Below are positions 61,801 through 64,000 of a stretch of 64,000 bases of DNA, one piece after another. The notes beneath the pieces were generated by a model that did no database searches, was not told the origin of the DNA, and saw nothing but the letters and a program-made list of their open reading frames with translations. The DNA comes from Balanoglossus misakiensis (Eukaryota > Animalia > Hemichordata): NCBI GenBank assembly GCA_040954595.2, contig CM082591.2:10681309-10745308 (forward strand), given 5' to 3'. Position numbers and translations under genes: made by a program. How positions within the stretch are numbered: the stretch's first letter is position 1; the number at the start of each line of letters is the position of its first letter.

Positions 61801-64000
61801 CAAACGAGGCTGTGTTTGGAAGCAACCTTGGAAACTTTAGAACTATCCGTCGTTCTACAGAGTCTAGAGGAAAACTTTCTTATGCGCATAGACCTATCAT
61901 GTGTTCTGCGCATCACAACAGAATTTTGTAAACAAACGAGGCTGTGTTTGGAAGCAACCATGGAAACTTTAGAACTATCCGTCGTTCTACACAGTCTAGA
62001 GGAAAACTTCCTTATGCGCATAGGCCAATCATGTGTTCTGCGCATCACAACAGATTTCCTCAAATAAACGAGGCTGTGTTTGGAAGCAACCATGGAAACT
62101 TTAGAACTATCCGTCGATCTACAGAGTCTAGTGGAAAACTTTCTTATCCTCATAGACCTATCATGTGTTCTGCGCATCACAACATAATTTTGTAAACAAC
62201 CGAGGCTGTGTTTGGAAGCAACCATGGAAACTTTAGAACTATCCGTCGATCTACAGAGTCTAGTGGAAAACTTTCTTATCCTCATAGACCTATCATGTGT
62301 TCTGCGCATCACAACAGAATTTTGTAAACAAACGAGGCTGTGTTTGGAAGCAACCATGGAACTTTAGAACTATCCGTCGATCTACAGAGTCTAGTGGAAA
62401 ACTTTCTCATCCTCATAGACCTATCATGTGTTCTGCACATCACAACAGAATTTTGTAAACAAACGAGGCTGTGTTTGGAAGCAACCATGGAAACTTTAGA
62501 ACTATCCGTCGATCTACAGAGTCTATACTAGTGGAAAACTTTCTTATGCGCATAGGCCTATCATGTGTTCTGCGCATCACAACAGATTTCCTTAAATAAA
62601 CGAGGCTGTGTTTGGAAGCATCCATGGAAATTTCAGAACTATCCGTCGATCTACCGAGTCTATCAGAAAACTTTCTCATGCGCATAGGTCTATCGTGTGT
62701 TCTGCGCATCACAACAGAATTTTGTAAACAAACGAGGCTGTGTTTGGAAGCAACCATGGAAACTTTAGAACTATCCGACGTTCTACAGAGTCTAGAGGAA
62801 AACTTTCTCATCCTCATAGGCCTATCATGTGTTCTGCGCATCACAACAGAATTTTGTAAACAAACGAGGCTGTGTTTGGAAGCAACCATGGAAACTTTTG
62901 AACTATCCGTCGATCTACAGAGTCCAGTGGAAAACTTTATTATCCTCATAGGCTTATCATGTGTTCTGCGCATCACAACAGAATTTTGTAAACAAACGAG
63001 GCTGTGGTTGGAAGCTACCATGGAAACTTTAGAACTATCCGTCGATCTACAGAGTCTAGTGGAGAGCTTTCTTATGCGCGTAGACCTATCATGTGTTCTG
63101 CGCATCACAACAGAATTTTGTAAACAAACGAGGCTGTGTTTGGAAGCAACCATGGAAACTTTAGAACTATCCGTCGTTCTACAGAGTCTAGAGGAAAACT
63201 TTCTCATCCTCATAGGCCTATCATGTGTTCTGCGCATCACAACAGAATTTTGTAAACAAACGAGGCTGTGTTTGGAAGCAACCATGGAAACTTTAGAACT
63301 ATCCGTCGATCTACAGAGTCCAGTGGAAAACTTTATTATCCTCATAGGCTTATCATGTGTTCTGCGCATCACAACAGAATTTTGTAAACAAACGAGGCTG
63401 TGTTTGGAAGCAACCATGGAAACTTTAGAACTATCCGTCGTTCTACAGAGTCTATTGGAAAACTTTCTTATGCGCATAGACCTATCATGTGTTCTGCGCA
63501 TCACAACAGAATTCGGTAAATAAACGAGGGTGTGTTTGGAAGCAACCATGGAAACTTTAGAACTATCCGTCGATCTACAGAGTCTAGTGGAAAACTTTCT
63601 TATGCGCATAGACCTATCATGTGTTCTGCGCATCACAACAGAATTTTGTAAACAAACGAGGCTGTGTTTGGAAGCAACCATGGAAACTTTAGAACTATCC
63701 GTCGATCTACAGAGTCTAGTGGAAAACTTTCTTATGCGCATATGTGTTCTGCGCATCACAACAGAATTTTGTAAACAAACGAGGCTGTGTTTGGAAGCAA
63801 CCTTGGAAACTTTAGAACTATCCGTCGTTCTACAGAGTCTAGAGGAAAACTTTCTTATGCGCATATACCTATCATGTGTTCTGCGCATCACAACAGAATT
63901 TTGTAAACAAACGAGGCTGTGTTTGGAAGCAACCATGGAAACTTTAGAACTATCCGTCGTTCTACAGAGTCTAGAGGAAAACTTCCTTATGCGCATAGGC
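58881..64000. repeat. 132-bp tandem satellite array, segment 3 (more diverged; runs off the right edge)
   Basis: The monomer resumes at AATGGAAACTTTAG (58881). This segment has more private substitutions and indels, e.g. 9-bp deletions near 60525/61765/63740, a 61-bp monomer at 60984 and a small insertion near 62525. Confidence 0.99.
59776..62255. repeat. 1240-bp out-of-register tandem duplication
   Basis: 59776-61015 is repeated at 61016-62255 (the track shows identical ORFs at 60315/61555 and 60704/61944). The junction is GATCTACA|AACAAACGAGG. Confidence 0.92.

Noticed and set aside
1-64000. CRISPR array, or a retron/DGR-like RT plus repeat system
   Set aside because: There are no unique spacers and the whole 132-bp unit repeats. 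No cas genes are present. The RTs are eukaryotic L2/CR1-type with tails and TSDs, not bacterial RT classes.
1-64000. Tandem 5S rRNA, tRNA, snRNA or spliced-leader gene array
   Set aside because: No recognisable 5S, tRNA or snRNA sequence, cloverleaf or Pol III A/B box was seen on either strand by eye. An Rfam scan would be the definitive test.

Overview
The window is almost entirely a eukaryotic (most likely metazoan) head-to-tail satellite array with a 132-bp monomer (about 41% GC, roughly 470-480 copies, one orientation throughout). Consensus: ATGGAAACTTTAGAACTATCCGTCGATCTACAGAGTCTAGTGGAAAACTTTCTTATGCGCATAGACCTATCATGTGTTCTGCGCATCACAACAGAATTTTGTAAACAAACGAGGCTGTGTTTGGAAGCAACC. The array contains a recurrent 78-bp deletion monomer, several monomer subtypes and local higher-order repeats or duplications (660, 1002, 1188, 1240, about 1450-1670, 1740 and 2268 bp). 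The giant ORFs in the track arise because the 44-codon monomer lacks stops in two frames. Only two segments are non-satellite. Both are 5'-truncated, ORF-intact L2/CR1-group non-LTR retrotransposons (26894-28872 and 57779-58880) from two clearly different families. Both inserted in the same orientation, within 1-3 bp of the same monomer position, and into the same minority variant (GCAACAATGG rather than the consensus GCAACCATGG). They also share a 3' stem-loop with compensatory base changes. The best candidate for a new system is therefore a satellite- or variant-targeting L2-like retrotransposon lineage, although this rests on only two insertions.
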